Source: Torpedo marmorata
Taxonomy: Eukaryota
DNA length: 64,000 nucleotides
NCBI GenBank assembly: GCA_977017645.1
Contig: OZ360239.1
Span: forward strand, 44,702,001-44,766,000
Direction: 5' to 3'
Shown here: piece by piece, positions 37,201 to 52,900 of the stretch
Numbering within the stretch: the stretch's first letter is position 1
How the letters are laid out: the number at the start of each line of letters is the position of its first letter
The notes under the pieces: model-generated
What the model was told of the DNA's origin: nothing
What the model saw: the letters and a program-made list of their open reading frames with translations, nothing else
The model's database searches: none
Made by a program: the position numbers and the translations under genes

Positions 37201-40200
37201 TTTTTGAGAAACACAACATGATCCCTAGCAAATCAACCAGCTGTTCCACATTACAGTATTTATCATTAGGAATAAAAAGATAACTGTTGATTTTAGTTTA
37301 GTTTACTTCTACACTAAATTGCAATCAAACCTCGTTAAAACAAACTTTATTATATCAAACTCTCCTTATTTAGGTAACCTTTCTTCCCTTTGCCCTGGCT
37401 AAATTTACTAATGGGATTTAGATCTCAATAACAAAAATTCTTAATATGCAGGATTCTTTTTTGATATTACTAGGTATTATATAAAAAATGATGATAGTCT
37501 AACTCTAATAAAATGGGATGTGAGGTACATAAAGCAAGCCATTTGAGTTTATGTTTCAATGATACACTTTGCACAGAGTATAAAGAAAATAATTAAAAAC
37601 AATAACAAAAACAGTTCTTTGTTCAAATCCACAAACATTACTTGTTGATGGATTTTTTTTTTCATTTTCTCTTCAATGTAATCTGTGGATGCTCTGCCAA
37701 ATTCAGGTTAAGCTCCCTGAGATTTCACTTCCTGTAGTCCTGTCTGCCAGTCATGTTCTGGCTTCTGCTGTGGAAACCTCCTTCTCTGAAGCTAAGAATT
37801 TCCATCACGATACCACATACTCTGCCATACCCTCCCCCTCCCTCACCCCATGCCACCTATCTCCACCCACTCCGTCACCATCAATTCTTGTTTCCTTATA
37901 AATTATTACATTTTTGTGGAAATAAATGATGTATCCCATGACATCATTTTGGCAAATAAGCACATGTTTTGAGTCAGATTCAGGATTTTATAAAGTTTGT
38001 TATTAAAACTTTGTTCAAACAGCTCCATTTCCACTTTCATGGTTTATTTTCACTTAAGGTTACAGAAAAATATTCTTGTTCATTTGCTGATAAAAATCAC
38101 CCATTTCTATAACATTGAAATAACAGTGTTCTGATTTTGGTTGACTTTTCCATAACCTAATGCAATTTATCAAAGACTTCCAAACAAAATTACAGGCTAC
38201 GGCACTATCTCTCCTTTTCACCTGATAAGAGTGCAACAGAAGCACAGAATGGTTTTTATCAGGTTCCTCATTTTGTACAGTTTTGACAGCTTGGCTGGTC
38301 TCCCCTTCCCTTACTGATGCTCATATTCTCTCCCACATATACTGTCTACTTCTCAGTGTCGCTTTGTATATAAGCATCCATTTTCCCTCTCTAATTTTAT
38401 ACAGTTGTCCTCTATAAGCTTCCATCCTTCCTTGTGGCCGTCCCCTCCCCCTCCCCTCCATCTCCACCAAACCCACAATCCCCACCCCAACCCAACACAG
38501 ACCCTAGCACATTGGCTTTTTCCATGACATTCCACTATAGTCTTTAGTCGCTGAGATATATTTAGTATTGAAGACTGAATGAGCACAGCACTTCTCAAAA
38601 TTGTTTTGTTTTTCCTCTATAGCACGAGATGTGAGATGGTCATAAATAATGCAGAAATGTTCACACCTGTGTACTTGTATGGAGACTGCACTTGTAGTTT
38701 CTCCTGACCCGAAATGTATTTTCTACTGCCATGCTCATTAATCAGAAATATACTGTATCCTTGAAATATGTGTAGAAACACCAATGGAAAGAGAGAAACA
38801 AATGTTTACGCAGAAGACTTGCAATTTATTTGGTACAAGGTACAGCTTAGAAAATGAAAAGCTGAGCAACTATCTGCCCTGTGTTTTAACATTGACACAC
38901 TAACGTACACTAGAACATGAAGAGGAAAACTTAACACCAAACTGTGTTGCTCTAATTATATTATGCAGATGTAATGACAACATGCCATTCAAAGAAGGTT
39001 TCTATATAATCTCTAAACATACAGTGGAAACCACCAACAATCACTGCTTTGCATTAATTGTCCAAACACTGTAGCGTACTAAGTGCTAGATAACAAAACA
39101 ATGTTTAATTTAAAATTATTAAAATTTGAAAATCCTGCTTGTCATTCCTAGCTCAGCCAAAACATAAATGGCATTCAAGAAGACAATGAATTAAATTTTG
39201 TTTAATGTCCCTTTCCACAGATTCTAATTTACATTGCATTTTTAACAAAACCGTTGACCTTATAAATGCTGGCATTTGTACAGATTCAACAGTGTAGGGT
39301 TTAATCATGCTTTTCCAAAGCCATAAGGGAAAATGTTTTAACTGCTGGTTGGATATGGACTAGGAACAAAAATACTGGGATTGGTCAAATGTTTATTCTC
39401 AATGCTTCCGAAAACAGCCTGACAAGAAGATGTAAAGGTCTGGGGAATAACCCATCACTGTTCCTAGGGTCTAGTAATAATCATACATAATCGTTTGGAA
39501 ATATAGCTAATAAGAAATACAATGAATGTTAAGCAAAATCGGCATTAGGCGCAAATTACATGATATTAATAGTTGAACAGGTGCAGAAAGGCGCTTTAAA
39601 TGAGGTAAATGAATAAAATGTCCCAGAGCACAACTGTGTGCACTGACAAAAAGTCAATCACATGAATTATTCAACAACTGAAGCTGCCAGCAAAGGTCAG
39701 CTTTCTTTGACCTTTGTGACAGGAAGTGAAAGGAACCAATGTTGACTAAGAAAACTGAAAATCAGTCTTTGGCTACTATGCTACCATCACTTAAAATCTT
39801 AAAATGGTTCTTAAATAACATTAATTGTGTTGAATCAAAAAATTTAATCCTACAATATTGATAATGACATACCTATAAAAGTATTTATCAACAATTACAT
39901 TCAGTGATATTGACAAACGCAAAATAATTTAAAAAAATCATGAATTCACATTGTTTCAGAACCATTAAAAACCATGCAGATCCAAAGGCCACAGACAATA
40001 TTTTAGAAACCAGCAGGCTTGAAATTCAGTAACAGCTGTTAAACCTGACTAAACTTTTCACTAAACTAAAGCCACTCCAATCGCTCCAAGAGAGAGAAAA
40101 TGGGATAAACAGATGTCTGGCTGCTGTACAGGAAAATAGGACACACTTGGAATGATAAGTCTCCTGAACTGTACAGAAATGCCAGCTCTACAGGGGATGC

Positions 40201-43041
40201 CAGTTACTACTAGTAAAGATGCCAACTTGCTATTTGACTGCACGGGTGCCACTGGGAACATTGTGCAGTGTCTCCTATCCGTACTGTATTGTGAACCCAT
40301 TTAATGTATCCCAGCACAGCTACCACAGCTTTCACTACAGCATTGCTGTGCTCTGTTGTGATTGTAATATAATCCTGCCTCCTCTTGTCTTCCTCAACAA
40401 TCAGTCTTTTCAATTTTCAACAGTTGGACATTGCATCCATCTACATTGAACCCACACAGGGAAGGAAAAGGCAGGAGGATGTACCTTTCCAGGAATTTCC
40501 GCAGTTAGCAATAAAATACACTACACTAGCTCGGAAGAATTATTTTAGCACAGATTATGTTCTAATTTAAACAGCATTCACAGCATCCTGTAATCATTTA
40601 AGCCCATCAGAACGTATCAGCGAAATAGGATTTATATCTTTAGATTTGTGTGTTATAGACAATGGGTATTCCTAATAAGAAACATGTTTTTTTTGTTTTC
40701 CCAGAAAACATTATTTTACTATGAAAATGATATTCTCATCCTGCTCAGTGGTATAACAAAGCCTGTCTGTTATTTCATCCCTCTCACTACACCACCATCC
40801 CCACTACCACTATCACCCCCATCCCTCCAACTCCCTAAAACCCTGCTCCCCTGAATACAGTTAAGTCAAAAGATTTTCCTCCAAACAGTTTATTTGCAGT
40901 AAGCTGCTTTTTTTTCCCACCTAGCGATGGACAATGGTTTTGATTTACGGAACACTGCTTGGACCCGAGCTGGAACAAATGTGTGGTCATAGATCTCAAT
41001 TCAAGATTGAATTATTGGTTCATATCCTGAGGACAAATATGCCTTATCTGTTCAGAACCTGCTAAATGTGTCCGAGGGCAAAAAGGAACTGGTAGAGCGT
41101 GCTCTCTGTGATTCCTTTTAGAACCAACTAGCCAAGTGATGAGATTGCTCACCAGGGGACTCTAAGCCATACAACAAAACAAGGGGGAAAAAAACTCTGC
41201 AAATGCAGTTTCTCACTTCAACTTTGTTTTGATGTCTGTGCAGACTTGGGAGCCCATATCTCCATGTAGATCTAAACGCTTAACTTTAGCGCTTTTTCAA
41301 TACATGTCAAGGCTATAAACTTTTCTGCCTTTCCTTCTAACTATTCACTCTTGCTTCTTTATTTTCTAGAAAGGATCTGAGCTTTGCATGTCTGGTTAAA
41401 TGCCTTTTCTGTATCTTCATAGCACTTAGTAAATGGTGCAACATGAAGTTTTTTTGAATTCCTACATTTGCAATTGCTTTAAGTATTTCAAATAAATTTA
41501 GAAGAATGAAGCAGATTTCTCATACATAATATAGTTTCAATAGTTTCACTGTTATACCAAACACTACACAGCACTTATTCTTCAAACATTAATGTGTTTT
41601 GCTGTAGTTTTGTTAGTCACTAAACATAACTATTTTATGAAGAACTATGTGATGATGTTAAAACTAAGGGGGGGGGGCTGATATAGTCATGTATATTTTC
41701 CATTGAACATTTTATATTTTAAAATTACTGGTCTTCAAATGTTTTCAAATAAAATGTTCTGGTTATATAAGTGGAACTGCCCTATAAATTGCATAAAGTA
41801 ATATATTATTTGTATTATTTATTTAATGTTTACATTTGAATCCATTGTATGAGAATCACTATTTCACCTTTCTCCACTATAAACTAGTTTTTCACATTAA
41901 TCTTACTGCAGGTTATAATGCCATCACTATTGATAACACAATAAATGTGCAATATTAATGTGTCTTTAAATTACATCATAATATCAGCTCAATACAAAAT
42001 GTTCAATAGCCACTGTAATGAAATAGCATAATAACCTGAGTCATAAATGCAAAATCATTTTTATAACATCTGCCAGACAATAGGAATGAAGAAGGCCAAT
42101 GATAGTGAAGAATATTAAGCAAATATTCAGTGCATTTATTTGCAATATTCACCTAATAAAATAAAAATGTCGTGTATTATAATTGCACTCTATGTAGAAA
42201 TTCTACTTTGAGTCCATTAGGACAGAAACACTAAAGATAAATATAATTGTATTGATTTTTTAACACCAAGTTCTTCAAACTGTTGAACCTGCCTTCAATT
42301 GCCTGACACAATCCCAGAGTGATGGCAACAACTGGTCTGCCCTATTTGATTACTAATAAGAAAGATGTCCCCTCTGTCAGATAGCTAACATTCTCCACTA
42401 AGCAAACAGCTATTCCAGCTAATCAAACATTGGCACTGCTCTCCACTGGTGGTGCATATTTTGTCAGGCTTAACTTAGGGTCTTTCCTGGTTTAATTTTC
42501 AGACATTGAAACCAAAGTTCATGATCAGAAGATATGTCAGTAATGAAAGTGGCTGAAGCCAGAGCTTTGTTCGAAATCTACCAAGGAGTTGAGTTACCAT
42601 GCCTATACTTTGCAGTAACTTTCAACATGTGACAGCAGCTATGTTACGTATACAAATTTAATGGCACAAGGCTTTCAGTAAGGTATATTTCTTTCTAACA
42701 AAAGAGAACAACATGTAACTAATAAACAAATGGCAACTAAAAGTAACACAAAACACCCGTGAGTTACTAAGAAACAGATTAGAGCACATAACTGCATTTA
42801 AAGCCAAAAACTCTCTAGGCATAAAATACTCTTCACAGTGAGCATGGTGGCAGATGAAACTGCTTCCCTTGACAACTCACAAGCAATTACTGAATCCCCA
42901 CAGAGTGAGCCACCAGGTTTCCAAGTCAACCCACCTGTGATGGTAACACAAAAGGACAACAAACGGAACAATGCACAGAATGAACTGAAAGCAAGACTGA
43001 GGGTAATGGGCATCAAAGAATAAAAATTAATACATTCATAC

Positions 43042-43110
43042 CTGTCAATAATCACAGGATCTGAGGGAGTTTCATTTCTGTTGCCGCAACTTTTCTTGTC
43101 ACAACACCGG
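43042..43110 (-). CDS. EBF3: EBF3 exon 6 (69 bp): (S)[22 protein letters not shown](R), second half of the zinc knuckle
   Basis: Lies inside ORF 42798..43199; ctacAG acceptor, GTATG donor; completes the H-x3-C-x2-C-x5-C COE motif. Confidence 0.97.
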
Positions 43111-43538
43111 CTGTAGGTAAAAGAAATAACCATAAGTATGTTTTCAAAGTGATCAGCATCCTCCCTCCCTACCCCAAACTTCAACTTTGATGCAATCATG
43201 GCCAGTGAACAAGCATCATAATGGGAATGTTAAAAGATTGAAAAAACAACATGTTGTGGTGTCTGTCTTTACGTTGATCTCAGAAAAGAAAGAAGCAGGA
43301 GGCTGGGGAATAGGTTTTCACAGCTTCCGCTTTTGTTTACCTCTAATTGTCAAGCTGTTATTTCTGGAGAAGATGCAAGATGCCACCTTCAACCAACATT
43401 TCTGTGGGGCATTTATTAATTGGAACCATACCAGTCAGTATGCCCCTTTTGTGAGTTTAAAAAATTCCTTTGTTAAACATAGGTTTCAGAAATGTAATTG
43501 AAATTTGAATATAACAAATATAATACATAATTATATCT

Positions 43539-43678
43539 NNNNNNNNNNNNNNNNNNNNNNNNNNNNNNNNNNNNNNNNNNNNNNNNNNNNNNNNNNNNNN
43601 NNNNNNNNNNNNNNNNNNNNNNNNNNNNNNNNNNNNNNNNNNNNNNNNNNNNNNNNNNNNNNNNNNNNNNNNNNNNNN
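43539..43678. other. Assembly gap or masked run (140 N) in EBF3 intron 5
   Basis: Run of N. Confidence 0.99.
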
Positions 43679-44710
43679 TCACATCTGTGCTCTCTTCTAT
43701 GTTAATTGCAATACATGCAGTGGTGGATAATAAAGAAATTTCACTTTATTGGTTGTAATTTATATTTATTACCCAGTATAGGGAAAACTCTGCTTTTGTA
43801 TATTAGCACTGTTACAGTATGTTTTAAGTGAAATGACATTAAGCAATAAGCATAATAGCTAGGAATAGTATGCCCCTTAGAGTATGATACCTGCTACTGT
43901 AGTCTGAAATTCTGGCTGCACTTCCTGAACAGCCCTGCTCTAACAAGCAACTATATTTCACATTCAATACATACAAAATCAATGATGTATTTTTTATTTC
44001 CCTTGCAGTGTGAAACTCTTATGGCACTTAGAAAAAAACAGGTGGGAAATTGCTCTTCTGACACAAATCCTGGTGATGTGCATGTTATCTAACAACAGTA
44101 TGAACAATGCATCACTGCTCTAGAGAAAAGGTTAACTGACAGTATCAAAATCAATTCTCACATACATGAGCTCAATAAGTACAAAGAGTTTCTTTTTTTA
44201 TCAATAACAGATTATGGTTTATCTGTGGCTCAACCTAGTATGAACAATAAAATAACTGAATGATCAGGAACTCCTATGGAATCACTCGCGTGTTCATAAA
44301 CTATGACCTGTTTTGGTTGTTCTCTTAAAAGTGCATTGCAATCGCAAGAGCAATATATTAATCCGATGCAATGAACAACATGTTGGATTGCAAACTTCTC
44401 AACGTTCCAAGCCAAAGCAATTACGAAGAGTTCCAACGTCGGCAATAAAACATATTGTACGATTATTGAAACTTAACTTTTGTTTTAAAATGCCGCCCCT
44501 CTTTTCATTTCTACTGTTGAGAAATGTCTTACTTAGCACCAAAGCAGCACTTCAATTCAATCGCCGGCATGCAAAAAAAAGTTTTAAGATGTTGTAAGAA
44601 AGTGGTGATTTCGCCTCGCGTACCATGGGCATTGAAACTGTATAGCGGAGAATAAATCGTGTGCAACTTTGTACATTGACAAAGCACCTTCTGCGCCACA
44701 AGTAGCTTAC

Positions 44711-44784
44711 CTGCACATAATTTCGTGTGTAAGTAGGACTCTGCACATTTCGGGGTTTTTGTCTTGGCCTTCGTATATAATCGG
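44711..44784 (-). CDS. EBF3: EBF3 exon 5 (74 bp): PIIYEGQDKNPEMCRVLLTHEIMC(S), first half of the COE zinc knuckle
   Basis: Manual translation; ttttAG acceptor, GTAAGC donor. Confidence 0.96.
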
Positions 44785-47237
44785 CTAAAATAATTATTTA
44801 AAGAAACAATAATCAGCGTTTTGACATTGGAAAGTTTCCTTTAACAGTGACTAAAAGTCGCTATACCTGGATATGCAGGAACACTGGCCATTTAAAAAAT
44901 AAGAACACAATAGTTTTCGGATCATCTGCAACATCCCTTTCCTTGCTCTGTGCATTAAACTAATGCGCACAGGTTGAGAAAGAACAGTGAAAACGGAAAA
45001 GGCCCAAAACTGAGATTTCTGGCGGCCCGAGAGCCTGAAGCTCATGGTCACGTTTAAATCAGTTAGAAGCTGTCCTTTAACAAGGTGAGAAGTGCCTGCC
45101 ATTCCCGGGTATTAATTACATGTCATGTTGAATTTTGATGGTCTATTTTATGAGAGGGGGGCAAGGATACGACCTGGGCGTCAGCTCGACAGAAACGTTC
45201 ATTGGTAAATACTGCATTTGCCTCGCACTAACCCCACTGTTGTACATGTTTGGGGAAGGGGAGAGAGTCGTCATTTATTTTGTGAGGGCGACACAGGAAT
45301 TTTTGGAGGAAAGCAATGTTGTGTCTTAGTTTGTCGTTTGACTTTCCCTCCCACCCTCATCCCCACCCCAAAAAATACGCTCAGTTTTTTTTCCATGCGA
45401 TTTAGCCTGTGGAGTGAATCTGGTATTTATTTTTCAATTACACACAATGATTTTTTTCTCTAAAAAGACAGTCTGTGAGTACGGTTGAGTAATTATTGAG
45501 CATTCGTTCTAACAGCAGCCAGATGGTGGGAGCTCTAGGTGTGTTCCCCTTCTCCTCGCTCGCCTTTCAGCCAGTCTTCTCCAGCGAGCAGTGCGCACAA
45601 ACGCACCACTCTCCTTTACGACTCAGCTGAGCGCATCGGATCCCAGTTCCAAGCTGTCTGTCCCCTTATTATTCATCTAACGAGATTCGCTTTGCTCGCA
45701 TTGTAACAAGCAGCACTCCCCAAGTCCAGATGCTTATTTTCTGATTGTTGTCACTAAAATAAAACATGACTAAGTTGGGAATGCTATTGTTTCCTCTCCC
45801 AATCGCCATTCCTGCGCGCTTTTTTTTTTTGTTTCGCGTTCCTGTTTTCATTTTGCTTCAGAAATTCTAACCAGTAAATTAGTTGCTCTGCGCCGTTGAC
45901 TCTTTGATCAGTTACATTGCTGTTTTCCATCAATCAAGTGAGATTAGCGTTTTTACAAAGCCTCGTTTGCATCATTAAAATAGTAAGATGCGTGACTCCG
46001 TGAGAAGATATCTCTTAAAATAACAGCCCCTTCACACCAAGCCCTTTAGAAGCAGGATATACACCCTCCTAATTAAGGTACGGCGATCTCGGCAACCATG
46101 TACCTTACAGATAAAATGGCAATAAACATAGAGGGTTTTTTTTACCTATTGAAATTACTGTAGCAAGTGGGAAATAACACTGGGGTTCCTCATGACCAAT
46201 GTCAATCCCGTGCTAGATTCAAGTCTTTAATTCCAAAACTAGATATCTATGAATTATATTATGATCAGTGCGGGGCTGCTTAACACGGTTCATTCTTTCC
46301 CAACTAGCAAAATCACTGCGTAATCACAAACTTAATTAGGAAATTTGAATGATGAGAAGCAGATCTGATTCCATGAGATGAATGTATGGCACGCAACGTG
46401 TACCATTGCCCAAAAAGTGCAAAACTGAACAAGCAAAAATAACGGTTGTCAGCGGATGGAAGACTGAGCAAGTCATTTGGGCAATTTATTAAATGTTGTT
46501 CTTTATTTATAGTGCCTTTGTGACAATAAAATTACACTGTAATGTAAAACAAAGTGTATTGGGGAGATGGTGAAATATTTGGCGACTTTCAATTGGAAAT
46601 GTAAACGAGCCGACTCCCGTGGCTAATTACTGTGCAGCACTTTTGATCAACCGCACTTATCATCTTTGAAGTTGCAGAAGACAGGCTAAATAATTTAATA
46701 AGCAACTGCCTGTAATTATGTTATTTACAAGGTATGACAGACAGATGATAAAGAAATACAGCTGATCTCAGGGAATGGGTTGCTTCGTGACCCCTGGCGC
46801 ACACACTCAAAGCTACAGCTCCTGGGCAGGAATAAAAAAGTGGAGCTGAATTATGGAGAATGGGCTGAGAGGTGAATTGGAACTGGGAGAGGACAAGCTA
46901 ACTTTTCACCTGAACGCATTTAACTCCGCACACAAATGGAGACGCCAATTGCCAGACCATCCAGCTCTATAATAACCAAATCGCGCCCTTCTTCACATCG
47001 TGCGAATTTAACCCTGAAAAATTTGAGGTACACATGCATAGTAAAACTTAGCTAAACCCAAACAAATTGAGTTTGAGTTCAAGAGAGGAAATTCATTTAA
47101 CATGCTGCAAATGGCAAAAAGTGTGTCTTTCTACTAAAACGCGTGGAATTTTATACACTTTGGGATCTGATGTTGAAGGAATAAATCGACTGTAAACATT
47201 ATAATGCAAAAATTAAAGTTTTTTTTTACAGGCTCAC

Positions 47238-47293
47238 CTGTTTGGTCATTGAATCGATGAGTCTGACGTAGAGATCTTGTTCTGTTCGCACCC
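47238..47293 (-). CDS. EBF3: EBF3 exon 4 (56 bp): (G)VRTEQDLYVRLIDSMTKQ
   Basis: Manual translation; ttccAG acceptor, GTGAG donor. Confidence 0.96.
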
Positions 47294-48184
47294 CTGGAAA
47301 TAAAGTAGTATCAAATTTAACGGCACTTAAAAAGGGAAACGTGCGCTGTCAATGGATGAATCGTCTTGAGATCCAAATCATTCAAAAACAGAAAGGCAAG
47401 TTTGCATACTACATCGCACTGTTAAAGGACACTATTAATTTGGAAAAATATGGAAGCTGGTGTCCTTGTAATGAATGCAATAAAACGAGCTGATAGGCGA
47501 TAAAACGCGAATAAAATATTCGTCAGAGAAATATAAACTGTATCCCAGGAAATTCATGAATTCTTGACATTTATTGTAAATTTTATGTTGAGTTGAAATG
47601 TGCAATTTGCAGGGCCATGGAGCATGGAGCATGGAGCGCTGGTCTTTTTTTGTCCCAATACTTGTATATTTTCTTTTTGGACAACTATTCAAATTAACTC
47701 AAACGATGACAACTAATGTCACGAATATATTTAATGGTTTGGTTATGATACTCAAATCTGGAATTCATTGTCAAGCCCAGAGCACTGTTTAAATATTTTG
47801 GGTGCACAATTTTACTTTAAAGATTTGTTTTACTGCCTGCGTTTGACTTTTACAACATTGGACAATATGCTGCCCCACAAGATCACCATGCAACAACGCC
47901 ACAAGGACAAAAAAATAATAATAATAAATTACATTAAATCCAAACGAAGACCAAGCATCAAGAGGTGGGAACAACATCATGTTCACTTTCAAAGCTAGAT
48001 GCCCGATAAATCAGGAGAAGCGACATTGAAATTCTAATCTTTTTATTTTCTTTTTACACTTAATTGCTAGCAAGGTTGAACTTCAAAATTATAAAAACAG
48101 CGACTTACGTCGACACCTCATGACTCCTATCCAACCCTATTAAAATAGAAAAAGAAAACCGGTGTACCCCTGTGGATCAATTCA

Positions 48185-48286
<102 letters not shown>

Positions 48287-48606
48287 TTATATTGTTCAAG
48301 GTATTCCATAGTTTATTTTTCATGTCTCTTTCAATATATGTGTTGATAATTAACAGCTTGCCAGGTCAGTCCCTGGCTTGTTAAGTATGCGGCGAGTCCT
48401 TGCATTCGAGCAATAGGAAACATTTTGCTTATAGGCTTTTGTAAAAAAAATAATATTTACACACAATGTCATAAATAGGCAGCTATTTTTTTTCTTCTCA
48501 GCAGCCGAGAGCTGTTATAACAAGCAGAACTACACGTGGTTTGGACGCCTCCTGAGTACCGTTAGGCTTGTTAGTTATTGTGCACTTAAAGAGAAAATCA
48601 TTTCTA

Positions 48607-49041
<435 letters not shown>

Positions 49042-49050
49042 TTATGCCTA

Positions 49051-49960
<910 letters not shown>

Positions 49961-52900
49961 TTGTTATTAACATAATGAATCCTTTAGGAAAAAATATACG
50001 GCGAACGTGAATTGTTTGTTTTCAAACAAAAAAATAAAGGGGCAAATTGTTACTTTAAACACAAACTGAAGTGGAGAACACTGTCAGATCAATACGTGTA
50101 GCAGGAACTTGCGGCTGAAGTTTGTATTTAAACTTATAAAATAGCGTGTGGCAAATGTTCCTTGGCCTTGACTACAAATGGTTGATCACTGCAATATTTT
50201 GCTAGAAAATTAAGAAAATCCTGTATGGAACCCACGGGACAAATTAATCACAAGCCTGAATTCTGTGTGTGTCTGCGTATAAATGTGTTATATGTGTGCA
50301 CGTTTGTGTGTGTTGGGGAGAGGGGTGTCTTTATTTTGTTTAACCTACGTAGTTGTCAAACACTGTGTTTTCTTTATATAGTTTGTTGTGTACAAAATGC
50401 TGTATTACATTTTTGCTGCTATCTATGTGATCGCGTAATCAATTATGAGTAAAAGATCTAGACATGTCCACTGAATCAATATCCAAATTGTGAGGTACAT
50501 TTAATGCTTTCAACACAAGGGCTGCATAGCTGCTGTGAATCAGCACGACGATTTGAAGTTAGATGATATGTAGATGTGCGATAACCAGGAATTCCTGAAG
50601 ATCCACATGTATTTCTAAGTAGATTTTTTGTTGACTAAAACTAGCCTTTCAGAGATATTAGCTCGTGCCCAGAGGAGGGGGCCCTCGGGACGGAGGCTGC
50701 CCTGTGCTTTTTTTAAAAACTAAAGGTAGGAGCCCTGGCTGGTGGGAGAGAATCAGGGACAGTCACTTACTCAATGATCAGCTCCTTCTCTTCGTTCGTA
50801 TTAGCACTGCCATCCTTTATTTGACAATTGGCACCGTACGTACGCTAATATTTTAATTAATCGGTGAAAATCGAAGTCCGAATTCTGTTATCAGGGGACA
50901 CCATAACACTAGAATTTCAATAGTCCGCTGAGGGTGAGAAAGAGATGTGTTAGAGCAATCTATTTTCTGGTGTTGGGGGTTAATGACTATTGTGACAGAT
51001 AAGTGAATTATCAAAGCTGTTGCTATTCCGATTTCAAAATCCATTACATTGCTGGCGTCTAATTAAATACGTAAGTATAATAAAATCATATTTTATGGCG
51101 ATTGAAAGTAATAAGATTAGTCTTCAGAAGCAATCATCACATATTAAGATGCCATATAGATCTACAGAATCCGAAGACTGTACTTTAAAATCAAAATGTG
51201 CTGGAAACAACATGCACAATAAGCAAAATATTTTGTGAGCGGTAGGAATCAGTGATATATCGAACAGGTATATCTATATTATTAACAACATTATTACATT
51301 TCAACTGAAAATAAATATAAGCTACAGCAAAGTTAAAAAAATCTTCTCGTTTAAGCGTAATATTTGAAACCTGTGAAGAGTTTAAGCGTATTTTAATTCT
51401 GCGAGTCACTTGTTAATACATGTATGCAAAGCTCCGTTATAGTAAACATGCATTAGTAATTCATGAGTGTGTAGCAATGGAAATAAAAATGGGTAATTTT
51501 AGCATTAACTAGTCGAAGTGAACACATTTTATCAATCATTTATATATTTTAAAATATATTTAAAGTGTTTTCCTTCAAATCTGATAAATGTGTTTTGCAC
51601 CAAGTCACTTACAGTGTTCTCATACCAGATTACACCCGCCGAGGCGATTTAAATCTGATTACCAAATTATAGGGTTTTAGCCAAATCCTTTTAAAGATGA
51701 CTGTAAAATGCAACCTGAAAAGTTCCGCAAAACCGTCACAGAGGCTTCATCCGTGCTGTAGCCAAAGAGTTTTAAAACGTATTGGACAACAAATGCAGCT
51801 GCACTGCTATTTTTTTGAAGATATTAGGCGAAAATTAATGCAAATCTGTGTTCAGAAGCCATCTGGCCAGAATAGGGGAATCAGCTGTTCCTCACAACAG
51901 GGTTTGGGCTGAATATATTCCGCTCATTTTCTATTCTCATCTGGTCTGGACAACGACTGCTCCAGACGATAGCGTGGAAAATACAACCTTTATCACCCAC
52001 TCCAAATATACCGTTTTGACAAACTGTTTGCAACAACCCAAATTTAATCGAGGGGAAATGTGACGACTCCGTATTGACACAACAATTTACCGCTGCCATT
52101 TCTTGTAGGGGCAGGGTCGCACAAAAGCGGTTCAAACTTCATCTCCTCAATATAAAGTGACTGGCGTTCAAACACACAACTTTCCCGTGGTTTGAAGGCG
52201 TTTTCAGTTTTTTTTTCCAGGTACCCTTTGTTCCTATGGATGAAAATGTTAATAACACACCCGCCTGACTATCACCTTTAGGCATCAACACTTATACACA
52301 GCTCCATCCCAAAAGAAGCGAGGTTGTCGAACGATCTATTCGGCTGAAAAAAAGTGAACCCGCGGAAGACATTTAAATAATTTACTACAATGGGGTAGGA
52401 CAATGAGATAGAGAGTTTTATGGACTGTTTGTTGTCAAATATTGTTTGAATTATCTGCTTTAAAAATCATATTGGGAAGTCGGGACAGTTGTGTGGTTAA
52501 ATCGAGGCGATTCAGCTCGATTCTTAGTTTGAGGAATGAGCTAACAGTCACTGTTGGACAAAGAAAGAGAGGCAGAAGCTTGCGGGATTGGATCGGATTT
52601 GCATGGTCCAGTCATAGACCTCCCGAAGTAACGATCCTCCTTATTATGTGAAGTGTTCCTTTTGTAAATTTACGGTGAGGGTTGAATGATACACAGAATT
52701 TGCATATAAATAGCGACATCAAGCGATTCGCGTGCCACACACCAGTGGTCTCCCAGATGTCAAGCCAAAGTCAGTCAGATGGACATTGGCAGTCCCAAGT
52801 CCCCCGCGCCAGCTGTCCTCTCCCCGCCGTCATACCAGAGCACACGGAAAAATCACAATCGCCAACCAAAGACGCTGCTTTTCACCAAATCTCTGCCTTT

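Larger units (their letters stand above)
1..43041 (-). other. EBF3: EBF3 intron 6 (partial, over 43 kb)
   Basis: The expected exon 7 ([27 protein letters not shown]) was not seen by eye. This intron is known to be very long in vertebrate EBF genes. Three short N gaps could not be inspected. Confidence 0.8.
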
